From: Clostridia bacterium
GTDB taxonomy: Bacteria > Bacillota > Clostridia > Oscillospirales > CAG-272
Length of the DNA stretch: 32,000 nucleotides
NCBI GenBank assembly: GCA_017411805.1
Contig: JAFQPI010000039.1
Span: forward strand, 24,942-56,941
Direction of reading: 5' to 3'
The notes below the pieces were generated by a model, which did not search any database, was not told where the DNA came from, and worked only from the letters and a program-made list of their open reading frames with translations. Shown here piece by piece: positions 9,929-17,487 of this stretch; within the stretch, counting starts at the first letter, position 1; every line of letters starts with the position of its first letter. Both the position numbers and the translations under genes were made by a program.

Positions 9929-9960
9929 AGCCGATTCATTCCTTCGAATGGTCGGCTTTT
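9929..9960 (+). terminator. Intrinsic terminator after nagB/UPF0340 operon
   Basis: Hairpin GCCGA..CATTC-CTTC-GAATG..TCGGC followed by TTTT. Confidence 0.75.
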
Positions 9961-10016
9961 GTCAATTATTAGAGAATATAAAGTTAAAAAAGCGTTAAAA
10001 ATATTTATAAATTCGA

Positions 10017-10046
10017 TTGACATTGATACCTTTGTTATGGTATAAT
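10017..10046 (+). promoter_or_regulatory. Sigma-A type promoter with extended -10
   Basis: TTGACA (10017-10022), 18-nt spacer, TGgTATAAT (TATAAT at 10041-10046). Confidence 0.65.
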
Positions 10047-10078
10047 ATAATATATGTTTTTGTTGGGAGGTCGACGGA

Positions 10079-10894
10079 ATGGAAAGTGCAAAAGCGGTAC
10101 AGCAAAAAACGAAAATCTTTCTGATAACCTCCTGTAAGGGCGGTGTCGGAAAATCGACTGTGGCGGCGAATATCGCTATGGCTCTGGCGAATCACGGCAA
10201 GCGAGTTTTGCTCGTTGATTGTGACTTTTCAAACCGCTCGCTCGATCTTATCCTCGGCTGTGAGGAAGAGGTCGTTTACGATATCTGCGATCTTGTAACC
10301 GGTCGAGCTCCCGCCTCGAGAGTCGTTATGCAGGACGGCAGAGAGGGAAGACTCAATTTTATCGCCGCTCCCCATTTCAAGAAGGATGAATTCACGCCCG
10401 AGCAGTTTGCCGAGGCGGTCGAGGCGGCGGCAAAGGAATTCTTCTGCGAGTACGTTTTCATCGACACCCCGGGTGCGCTCGACGGAACGCTTCCGCTTGT
10501 CTCCAAGGCGGCGGACGGCGCGCTGATCGTCACCTCGCATCAGCCGACAACCGTAAGAGGTGCGGAAAAAACGGGCTATCAACTCGAGGATCTCGGTGTC
10601 AAGGAGCAGTATCTTATAATCAACAGCTATGATAAAAAGGGTGTCCTCGACGGCACAAGTCCCGGTCTCAACTGGCTGATCGACCATACCCACGTGCCGC
10701 TTATCGGCGTTATCCCCGAATCAAAGGAGCTTGAGAAGGCACAAATCTCGGGCAAGCTCGCCTGCGAGATGCGTCGCGACCGCGAAAAGGCACACGAGGC
10801 ATTCGACGAAGTAGCTCGCAGACTCTGCGGAGAGCGTATACCGATAATGTCATATCTTCCCGAAAAAAAGAGAAGAAAACTTTTGTATTCATAA
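10079..10894 (+). CDS. MinD/ParA-family P-loop ATPase (MinD-like)
   Basis: 271 aa. Deviant Walker A CKGGVGKST. By eye it is colinear with MinD (VLLVDCDF, IDTPGA, basic C-terminal tail EKKRRKLLYS). No minC or minE in the window. RBS GGGAGG. Confidence 0.8.
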   Translation: MESAKAVQQKTKIFLITSCKGGVGKSTVAANIAMALANHGKRVLLVDCDFSNRSLDLILGCEEEVVYDICDLVTGRAPASRVVMQDGREGRLNFIAAPHFKKDEFTPEQFAEAVEAAAKEFFCEYVFIDTPGALDGTLPLVSKAADGALIVTSHQPTTVRGAEKTGYQLEDLGVKEQYLIINSYDKKGVLDGTSPGLNWLIDHTHVPLIGVIPESKELEKAQISGKLACEMRRDREKAHEAFDEVARRLCGERIPIMSYLPEKKRRKLLYS

Positions 10895-10930
10895 AAGCAA
10901 CGAAAATTCAAAGCGAAAGGAATGAGATAA

Positions 10931-11347
10931 ATGGAAATAGCTATTGTTGCGCATGACAAGAAAAAAGAACTTATGGCAGAATTTTGTACCGCCTATTGCG
11001 GCATACTCTGCAAGCATAATCTTTACGCTACGAGCATTACGGCAAAATATATTTCCGAGGCAACCGGACTCTATATCGAGCGTCTTCTGACCGGCGACCA
11101 CGGCGGAGAAGAGCAGATCGCCCAGCGAATCGCATATAACGAGATCGACCTCCTCATCGACTTCCGCGATACAGACCCCTCTGTGCTTGTCAACGAACGC
11201 TCGAACGAGCTTCTCCGTCTCTGTGATATGTACAATATCCCCGTCGCTACCAATATCGGTACCGCCGAGGCTCTTATCATCGCGCTTGACCGCGGCGACC
11301 TTGATTGGAGAAACTTCGTAAATCCCCGCACCTCGCGCAGACACTAA
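10931..11347 (+). CDS. Methylglyoxal synthase-like (MGS-like domain) protein, probably non-canonical
   Basis: 138 aa. IAIVAHDKKKELM...LYAT...GGEEQIA...LLRLCDMYNIPVATN is colinear with MgsA. Positions equivalent to E. coli His98 and Asp101 appear substituted (see findings). Confidence 0.75.
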   Translation: MEIAIVAHDKKKELMAEFCTAYCGILCKHNLYATSITAKYISEATGLYIERLLTGDHGGEEQIAQRIAYNEIDLLIDFRDTDPSVLVNERSNELLRLCDMYNIPVATNIGTAEALIIALDRGDLDWRNFVNPRTSRRH

Positions 11348-11365
11348 AAATTTTTTCGCCGCCTC

Positions 11366-11394
11366 TTGACAAAATTCGTTTTGAGGTGTATAAT
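11366..11394 (+). promoter_or_regulatory. Consensus sigma-A promoter of the thrS leader
   Basis: TTGACA (11366-11371), exactly 17 nt, TATAAT (11389-11394) preceded by gTGt. Confidence 0.75.
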
Positions 11395-11399
11395 ATCTT

Positions 11400-11590
11400 G
11401 TAATCAAAAATGCAACGGACATGTCCTTGCGCCATTTCGCCCACAGAGAGGAAGCGCACGCTGAAAGCTTCCGACGAAACCGCAAAGGGTACCACCGCTG
11501 TGTCATTATGCATATTTTTTTAAAGTTATAAAATCGGGTGGAACCGCGCAAACAGCGCCCCGACCGCGATCGCTGTCGGGGCGCGGGTTG
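11400..11590 (+). promoter_or_regulatory. T-box leader (tRNA-Thr sensing) upstream of thrS
   Basis: Conserved T-box sequence AAATCGGGTGGAACCGCGC (11531-11549). Overlapping GC-rich terminator hairpin GCGCCCCGAC...GTCGGGGCGC (11555-11584). Candidate ACC (Thr) specifier in GAAACCG (about 11476-11482). Located upstream of threonyl-tRNA synthetase. I could not fold Stem I confidently by eye. Confidence 0.8.
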
Positions 11591-11740
11591 AGGGAAAAGT
11601 GAAAAGTGGAAAGTGAAAAGTGTCGGAAACTTTTTTCGCTTTGCTCAAAAAGTATTTTATTTAAATAATTTCCGAACAAAGTGAGGAAATTTTCCTTAAC
11701 TTTACACTTTCCACTTTACACTTTCCACTTTTCTCCCCTC
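11590..11740. repeat. Inverted arrays of heptamer NAAAGTG, forming a ~150-nt long-hairpin or MITE-like element in the thrS 5' UTR
   Basis: Left arm is GAGGG + AAAAGTG AAAAGTG GAAAGTG AAAAGTG (11590-11622). Right arm is ACTTTA CACTTTC CACTTTA CACTTTC CACTTTT CTC CCCTC (11699-11740). About 31 potential base pairs with 3 mismatches and one 3-nt bulge. An inner stem TCGGAAA/TTTCCGA pairs 11623-11629 with 11669-11675. Confidence 0.8.
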
Positions 11741-11782
11741 GCCATATATAAAACAGAAATTTATTATTATAGGAGAAATAAA

Positions 11783-13717
11783 ATGAACGTAAAAATCAAT
11801 GCTATCGATTATTCGGTAGAAAACGCATCCACGGTTTTTGAAGCCGCTTCTGCGGCAGGCGTTGCGGCGCGCGAGCACATCGCCGCAAAGGTAAACGGTG
11901 TCGTTTCGGCAATGTCGGCTCCCGTGGGGGAAGGCGACGAGATCGTTCTTCTCACCTTCGCTGATGAAGAGGGCAAGAAGGTCTATCGCCACACCGCTTC
12001 CCACATCCTCGCACAGGCTGTAAAGAGACTTTATCCCGAGACCAAGCTCACCATCGGTCCCGCAGTAGACAACGGCTATTACTACGACTTCGACAGCGAG
12101 ATCTCCTTTACTCAGGATATCCTCAAGAATATCGAGTCCGAGATGAAGAAGATCATGCGCGAAAACCTTCGCATAGAGCGTTTTGAGCTCCCGCGCGCAG
12201 AGGCTATCGCTCTTATGACAGAAAGAGAAGAACCCTACAAGGTTCAGCTCATCGAGGAACTCCCCGACGACGCTGTTATCAGCTTCTACCGTCAGGGCGA
12301 GTTTGTTGACCTCTGCGCAGGTCCTCACCTCTTCTCGACCGCCGCTGTAAGAGCCATTAAGCTGACACAGTGCACGGGCGCATATTGGAAGGGTGACCAG
12401 AACAACAAGATGCTCCAGAGAGTATACGGTATCGCATATCCCACTAAGGACGAGATGAACGCATATCTCGCGGCAGTTGAAGAAGCAAAGAAGCGCGACC
12501 ACAACAAGATCGGCCGTGAGCTCGAATTCTTCACCACAGTCGACTGCGTAGGTCAGGGTCTTCCCATTATGCTCCCCAAGGGCGCAAGAACAATCCAGAT
12601 CCTCCAGAGATTCGTTGAGGACGAGGAGAGAAGACGCGGCTGTCAGCTTACCAAGACTCCCCTTATGGCAAAGCGCGATCTTTACCGCATCTCGGGTCAC
12701 TGGGATCACTACCTTGACGGTATGTTCATCATCGGCGATCCCCACGACGAGACCAAGGAATGTCTTGCAATGCGTCCTATGACCTGCCCCTTCCAGTATC
12801 AGGTATTCCTCAACAAGAAGCGTTCCTACCGCGATCTTCCTATGAGACTGACCGAGACCTCCACCCTCTTCCGTAACGAGGATTCGGGCGAGATGCACGG
12901 TCTTATCAGAGTCCGTCAGTTCACCATTTCCGAGGGTCACTACATCCTTTGCCCCGATCAGCTTGAGGAAGAATTCCGCGGCTGTCTCGAGCTTGCAAAC
13001 TATATGCTCAAGGCTGTAGGTCTTGACGGCGACGTAAGCTACCGCTTCTCGCAGTGGGATCCCGCACGTACCGATAAGTACGAGGGTACTCCCGAGCAGT
13101 GGGAAGAGGCTCAGAGCGTTATGAAGCAGATCCTTGACAATATCGGTCTCAAGTACTCGATCGGTATCGACGAGGCGGCATTCTACGGTCCTAAGCTCGA
13201 TATTCAGATCAAGAATGTACACGGTAAGGAAGATACCCTTATCACCATTCAGATCGATATGCTTCTCGCTAAGAAGTTCGGTATGGAATACACTGACTCG
13301 AACGACAAGCGCGTAACTCCTTACATCATCCACAGAACCTCTCTCGGATGCTACGAGCGTACACTCGCTCTCGTGCTCGAGAAGTTCGCGGGCGCACTTC
13401 CTCTCTGGATGGCTCCCGAGCAGGTTCGTGTTCTTCCCATCGGTGTTGAGCACGAGGAGTATGCAAAGAGCGTTCGCGAAAGACTCGAGGCTGCGGGCAT
13501 CCGTACCGAGGTTGACGCGAGAAACGAGAAGATCGGCTACAAGATCCGTCAGGCACAGCTCGAGAAGGTTCCCTATATGCTCGTCGTCGGCGAGAAGGAA
13601 GCCGCAGAGGGCAAGGTTGCCGTACGTAACCGCGGCGGCGTAGACCTCGGCGCGGTAAGCGTTGACGAATTCCTCCTCAAGGCACTTGAAGAGGTAAGAA
13701 CTCTTAAACTCGACTGA
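11783..13717 (+). CDS. thrS: Threonine--tRNA ligase
   Basis: 644 aa from ATG 11783 (RBS AGGAG 7 nt upstream). N-terminal TGS-like region, editing-domain HTASHILAQAV motif, class II catalytic core and C-terminal anticodon-binding domain. The ORF-track start at 11681 only translates the heptamer repeat. Confidence 0.95.
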   Translation: MNVKINAIDYSVENASTVFEAASAAGVAAREHIAAKVNGVVSAMSAPVGEGDEIVLLTFADEEGKKVYRHTASHILAQAVKRLYPETKLTIGPAVDNGYYYDFDSEISFTQDILKNIESEMKKIMRENLRIERFELPRAEAIALMTEREEPYKVQLIEELPDDAVISFYRQGEFVDLCAGPHLFSTAAVRAIKLTQCTGAYWKGDQNNKMLQRVYGIAYPTKDEMNAYLAAVEEAKKRDHNKIGRELEFFTTVDCVGQGLPIMLPKGARTIQILQRFVEDEERRRGCQLTKTPLMAKRDLYRISGHWDHYLDGMFIIGDPHDETKECLAMRPMTCPFQYQVFLNKKRSYRDLPMRLTETSTLFRNEDSGEMHGLIRVRQFTISEGHYILCPDQLEEEFRGCLELANYMLKAVGLDGDVSYRFSQWDPARTDKYEGTPEQWEEAQSVMKQILDNIGLKYSIGIDEAAFYGPKLDIQIKNVHGKEDTLITIQIDMLLAKKFGMEYTDSNDKRVTPYIIHRTSLGCYERTLALVLEKFAGALPLWMAPEQVRVLPIGVEHEEYAKSVRERLEAAGIRTEVDARNEKIGYKIRQAQLEKVPYMLVVGEKEAAEGKVAVRNRGGVDLGAVSVDEFLLKALEEVRTLKLD

Positions 13718-13726
13718 TTTAAATAG

Positions 13727-13754
13727 AAAAACCACCTCGCTTGAGGTGGTTTTT
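13727..13754. terminator. Bidirectional intrinsic terminator between thrS and mgtE
   Basis: AAAA-ACCACCTC-GCTT-GAGGTGGT-TTTT. Confidence 0.85.
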
Positions 13755-13772
13755 CATATTATGATGATTCTT

Positions 13773-15182
13773 TTATCTTCCGAAATTGAGCAACAGCGCC
13801 CAAGCAAGCCCATAGTAGCTTACAACGGCTACAAGATCGTTTACGGTAGTGATCAGCGGTCCTGATGCCACCGCGGGGTCGATCCCGAGACGGTAAAAGC
13901 ACATAGGTATCGCCGCGCCGGTAAATCCGGATATGGTCATAGCAAACAAAAGAGCAGCCCCAACGCAACCTGCTGTGGTGAATGAAATGTAAGCATCGTT
14001 GCCTCCAATCAGCAAAAGATATGCTCCGACTATCGTAAATGAAAAAATACCCAAAGCGAGACCGTTGAGAAGAGCGACGCGAGTTTCCTTTCCAATTATC
14101 AACATCTGCTTTTTGAATCCTAAGTCATCTTCGCTGCCAAGCACTCTTACTGTGACAGCCAAAGATTGCGTTCCTACGTTTCCTGCCATTCCGAGAATTA
14201 GGGACTGAAAAGCTACTATCATAGGAAGTTCAGCTACCACGCCTTCAAAAAGTCCCACAACGGCAGAAACCCCGAGCCCCAAAAAAAGCAGGATGATAAG
14301 CCAAGGGACTCGCTTTTTCATACTTGCAAGGAGGCTCTCATCTTTTTCTTCCTCGGCACTGAGAGCGGCGAGCTTCGCGTAATCATCTCCCAACTCCTTA
14401 TCGACTATCTCAACAATATCCATAGAGGTGATAACACCCAAAAGGCTGTTGTCCCTTGAAGAAAGAACGGGTATCAGATCCTCAGAGTATCCGCGCAGCC
14501 GCTCTATATTTTCGGATATGCTGTCGGTATCGTAAACGAATGGGAAGTTTGTGTAGATCAAATCCTCAAGCGGCGTATCGCTTCTTGCAATGATAAGCTC
14601 CTTGAGGTCTATTGAACCGTAAAAGCTGCCGTCAACGTCAGAGACGAAAATTGTATGAATATTGTCATTTTCGGCGGCTTCGGCAATAAGTGTCCTCATA
14701 GCCTGCTTTATGGTTATATCACGGCGTACTGAAATATAATTTGTGCTCATCATACCGCCGAACTCATCGTCACAGTATGAATTAAGGAGTTCGATATCCT
14801 CCTTTATATCATCCTCTATAAGTCCGAGGACTTCGCGCTTTACCTCATCGTCAAGGTCTTCGAGAGCTTCGAGAGCCTCGTCAGCGTCCATTTGCTCGAT
14901 GATATCAGCCGCGCGATCGGCATCAAGCGTTGAGAGATAATCGCTTGCGTCTTCAAGGAAGGTCACGATGTCGGACATGCCCTCGTTGCCGAGCACGCGC
15001 AGAAGTCTGTCCTTTTCTTCCGCAGTCAGTTCATCAAGGACCGACGCGATATCGTTGTCATGATAGTCCTCGAGCAGAAGCCCTACTTCTTCATCATCCT
15101 TGCCGCTTCGTATTATATCCAATATATCGCTGCGGTGATCTCTTTCTTCCGATTCAAAAAAACTCTTTTTCTTCATCCTCAT
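13773..15182 (-). CDS. mgtE: Magnesium transporter MgtE
   Basis: 469 aa. Acidic MgtE N-domain, a CBS pair, and a C-terminal 5-TM domain with GNVGTQSLAV and PLITTVNDL motifs. The start could be ATG 15182 or 15176. Confidence 0.9.
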   Translation of the reverse strand: MRMKKKSFFESEERDHRSDILDIIRSGKDDEEVGLLLEDYHDNDIASVLDELTAEEKDRLLRVLGNEGMSDIVTFLEDASDYLSTLDADRAADIIEQMDADEALEALEDLDDEVKREVLGLIEDDIKEDIELLNSYCDDEFGGMMSTNYISVRRDITIKQAMRTLIAEAAENDNIHTIFVSDVDGSFYGSIDLKELIIARSDTPLEDLIYTNFPFVYDTDSISENIERLRGYSEDLIPVLSSRDNSLLGVITSMDIVEIVDKELGDDYAKLAALSAEEEKDESLLASMKKRVPWLIILLFLGLGVSAVVGLFEGVVAELPMIVAFQSLILGMAGNVGTQSLAVTVRVLGSEDDLGFKKQMLIIGKETRVALLNGLALGIFSFTIVGAYLLLIGGNDAYISFTTAGCVGAALLFAMTISGFTGAAIPMCFYRLGIDPAVASGPLITTVNDLVAVVSYYGLAWALLLNFGR

Positions 15183-15293
15183 CCCCCATTTGGTTTGAGT
15201 CTCTGCGAATTAAGTAAATCACAAAATAATGGTATTGTCAATGAAATGTTGATTTTATCAAATAAAATTTTGCGACATATATTTGCGCAGAAA

Positions 15294-15326
15294 TCAAAAA
15301 GACAGTGATGCTAAAACATCACTGTC
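15294..15326 (-). terminator. Intrinsic terminator of the GHL10/membrane-protein operon
   Basis: On the minus strand, GACAGTGATG-TTTTAG-CATCACTGTC is followed by TTTTTGATTT. Confidence 0.8.
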
Positions 15327-15342
15327 CTTATATTGTACCGTG

Positions 15343-15942
15343 TTATTCGGATTTATTTCGTTTTGCGTGTCTTTTTTTGATCTTTTGATTGATTTCAAAT
15401 ACCTTTTTGTAGCAACTCCAGCTCAATAATCCAAAGTTCAATAGTAAGGTAAGCACGAGCCATATACCGCCGATCACAAGGAGGTCAATATGCATTTCGG
15501 AAATGTTCTTTTCGCGGTACGCAATCTGATCATTCTCTGAAATATAAACATTACTACTGTCTGAAATCGTATATATGCGTTGATATAAAAAGCCGATGTA
15601 ATATGTGATGTCGTAGGTATTACCTATTTCCAATTCATCAATATCCATAAGTCCGGTAGGTATAGCAAATCTTTCACCGCTTTGTGCAACAAAAACCTCT
15701 ACGTTGTTTCCGCCGAGTCTGCCCCCGTGCCTGTCCGTGTCGATCTCTTTTAAGACAAAACTGCCGCTATAGGTTTCGGTCGGCAAGGGTTTGAGAGCTC
15801 CGAATACTATTAATAATGCGATTATCAGTAATCCAACCGTAATGAAAGCGTTGAATCCAACGATAACGATAATCGGATCTCGCCGTTTCCTCAATAAGTC
15901 CCTTATATAACCATCAGGTTCTTTTTCGATCCTTTTACTCAT
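15343..15942 (-). CDS. Hypothetical membrane protein (two TM helices flanking a soluble domain)
   Basis: 199 aa from ATG 15942, with an ATGA overlap onto the upstream gene's stop. TM segments IIVIVGFNAFITVGLLIIALLIVFGAL and LLVIGGIWLVLTLLLNFGLL. I recognise no family. Confidence 0.6.
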   Translation of the reverse strand: MSKRIEKEPDGYIRDLLRKRRDPIIVIVGFNAFITVGLLIIALLIVFGALKPLPTETYSGSFVLKEIDTDRHGGRLGGNNVEVFVAQSGERFAIPTGLMDIDELEIGNTYDITYYIGFLYQRIYTISDSSNVYISENDQIAYREKNISEMHIDLLVIGGIWLVLTLLLNFGLLSWSCYKKVFEINQKIKKRHAKRNKSE

Positions 15943-17315
15943 TTCCAACTGATCTCTTTAAGCACGGGAATGAAGTTATCCCTTTCGGTCTTAGTCTCCT
16001 TGACCTCTGCGCCCGAGGTGGGAGAGTAGAAATACTGATAGCAGAAGTAAGCCACGCCGATGCATTTGTCAAGGCTTTCGGTATGCTCGAGGCAGCGTTT
16101 GAGGATGTCCTTGTGCTCAGCCCATTCGTTTTTGCCGCTGCCGGCGTAGTTGTCAACGCCGGATTTTGCCTTGCCGAGAGTCATACCGATCACCATTTTG
16201 ACCTTGTCGGTCTTGATGATGTCGGAGAAAGTCTTGCAGACCTTGACAAAATCATAATTCTGATGCTCAAGTCCGAAATAGACCTGCGGGCAGATGTAAT
16301 CTATGTAGCCTTCGGTCGCGCACCAGGTGTCAACGTCGGCACCGTCGCGGCGGACGTTGTTGATGTTGCCCGCGGGGCTGATTCCGAAGATCATATCGGG
16401 ATTGACCGACTTCGTCATTTGCCAGAGCCCCGAAACGAGCAGATTGAGATTCTCCTTGCGGAAGTTTTCAACAGATTTCTTGCCGCCGTTTTCCTTGTAT
16501 TCCTTGTAAGCCGCGGCGTCGAAGGCGGTCTCGGTGGTGGGGTAGAAGTAATCGTCCATATGCAGACCGTCAACTTCATACTTGAGAAGAATCTCGCGCG
16601 CGCCGTTTATGATGAGTGCGCGGACCTCCTCGTAGGCGGGATTGAGGTAATAATTCGAGCCGTTTGCAACAACGTACTTGCCCTTGGTCTCCTTATCCTT
16701 GTACCATTGCTTGATAAGGTAATCGTTCGATACCGATGCAATCTCACTTGTTGTCATCGCGCGCATCGGGTTGATCCAGGCCTGAACCGAGAGCTTGCGC
16801 TCGTGCGCCTCTTCGATCATAATTGCAAAGGGGTCGTATTTTGCCGTTTTGCCGTAGCTTCCGACGACGTATTTCGACATCGGATAATATTCCGAGGGAT
16901 ACATACTGTCGGCATTAGGGCGTACCTGAACTATGACGGTGTTGAAGCCGCTCGCGGCGACGTTGTCAAGGATCTTATCGAGCATCTTGCGGTAATTTGC
17001 TTCGCTCGTCTGCGCTCCGCCCGAACAGTAAACGCTGTTCAGATCAAACTGCGAGAGCCACATTGCCTTCATATCCTCATAGTTGAGGGGAGTATAGGGA
17101 TTAGTCATGCCTGCCATGGGATCGGTTGTAACCTCCTCTGTGGTTTCTTCTTCTGTAGTAGCTTCTGCGGTCGTTTCAACTGTTTCCGCTTCAGTCGGCT
17201 CGGGCGTTACGTCAGCCTCGATCGCCGAGGTCTCGGAGTCTGTCGCCGGAGTACATCCGGAAAGGGCGAGTATTGCGAGAGCCGCCGAAATTATTTTAAT
17301 AAGCTTATATTTCAT
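15939..17315 (-). CDS. Lipoprotein, glycoside hydrolase-like family 10 (GHL10/DUF187, YngK-like)
   Basis: 458 aa from ATG 17315 (RBS GGAGGA). Lipobox LALSGC. An acidic Thr/Glu linker, then FNTVIVQVRPNADSMYPS...AWINPMR, which is typical of GHL10. Confidence 0.8.
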   Translation of the reverse strand: MKYKLIKIISAALAILALSGCTPATDSETSAIEADVTPEPTEAETVETTAEATTEEETTEEVTTDPMAGMTNPYTPLNYEDMKAMWLSQFDLNSVYCSGGAQTSEANYRKMLDKILDNVAASGFNTVIVQVRPNADSMYPSEYYPMSKYVVGSYGKTAKYDPFAIMIEEAHERKLSVQAWINPMRAMTTSEIASVSNDYLIKQWYKDKETKGKYVVANGSNYYLNPAYEEVRALIINGAREILLKYEVDGLHMDDYFYPTTETAFDAAAYKEYKENGGKKSVENFRKENLNLLVSGLWQMTKSVNPDMIFGISPAGNINNVRRDGADVDTWCATEGYIDYICPQVYFGLEHQNYDFVKVCKTFSDIIKTDKVKMVIGMTLGKAKSGVDNYAGSGKNEWAEHKDILKRCLEHTESLDKCIGVAYFCYQYFYSPTSGAEVKETKTERDNFIPVLKEISWK

Positions 17316-17345
17316 ATTTTTCCTCCGCAAGGTATTACTGACATT

Positions 17346-17374
17346 ATTTTATATCAATTCTGCGAAAAAGTCAA
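17346..17374 (-). promoter_or_regulatory. Sigma-A type promoter for the GHL10 operon
   Basis: Minus strand: TTGACT (17369-17374), 17 nt, TAAAAT (17346-17351). Confidence 0.5.
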
Positions 17375-17422
17375 TAGAAAAGTCGATTAATTCAGATTTT
17401 GACTTTGTTCTTGTTTGGGGTA

Positions 17423-17451
17423 TTGAAATTATCTTATAAATATGGTATAAT
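17423..17451 (+). promoter_or_regulatory. Sigma-A type promoter for the ABC exporter operon
   Basis: TTGAAA (17423-17428), 17 nt, TGgTATAAT (TATAAT at 17446-17451). Confidence 0.65.
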
Positions 17452-17487
17452 AAATATTTGTAAAATAACATTTCAAGAGAGTGAAAA

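Noticed and set aside
11681-11782. N-terminal extension of thrS (MRKFSLTLHFPLYTFHFSPL...) suggested by the ORF track.
   Set aside because: It begins at a non-ATG codon and simply translates the CACTTTN heptamer repeat. ATG 11783 has a good AGGAG RBS and gives a normal-length ThrRS.
11702-13735. 677-aa ORF antisense to the whole of thrS, longer than thrS itself.
   Set aside because: It is in exact codon register with thrS, so it stays open only because thrS has no in-frame TTA, CTA or TCA codons. The predicted protein is Leu/Val/Asp/Glu-rich with no motifs, no RBS and no promoter. It is a codon-bias shadow ORF.
15183-15293. M-box (ykoK) magnesium riboswitch expected upstream of mgtE.
   Set aside because: Only about 110 nt separate the upstream terminator from the mgtE start, which is too short for an M-box. 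I saw no M-box-like conserved helices. Only a weak TTGACA-17-TTTACT promoter candidate is present.
16083-17390. 435-aa + strand ORF opposite the GHL10 lipoprotein gene. Similar long antisense ORFs occur at 17899-19218, 19641-20648, 6476-7342, 2498-3394, 8545-9321, 10889-11551 and 31113-31871.
   Set aside because: For 16083-17390 and 17899-19218 I checked that the ORF is in the same codon register as the recognisable sense gene. All of them have featureless translations and no translation signals, so I treat them all as the same shadow-ORF artefact of avoiding TTA, CTA and TCA codons.
17366-17406. Three copies of AAAGTC(A/G)A (two direct, one inverted) in the divergent GHL10/ABC promoter region, considered as operator sites.
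   Set aside because: Copy 1 coincides with the -35 TTGACT of the minus-strand promoter, and the others are -35-like hexamers in AT-rich DNA. There is not enough evidence for a dedicated operator.
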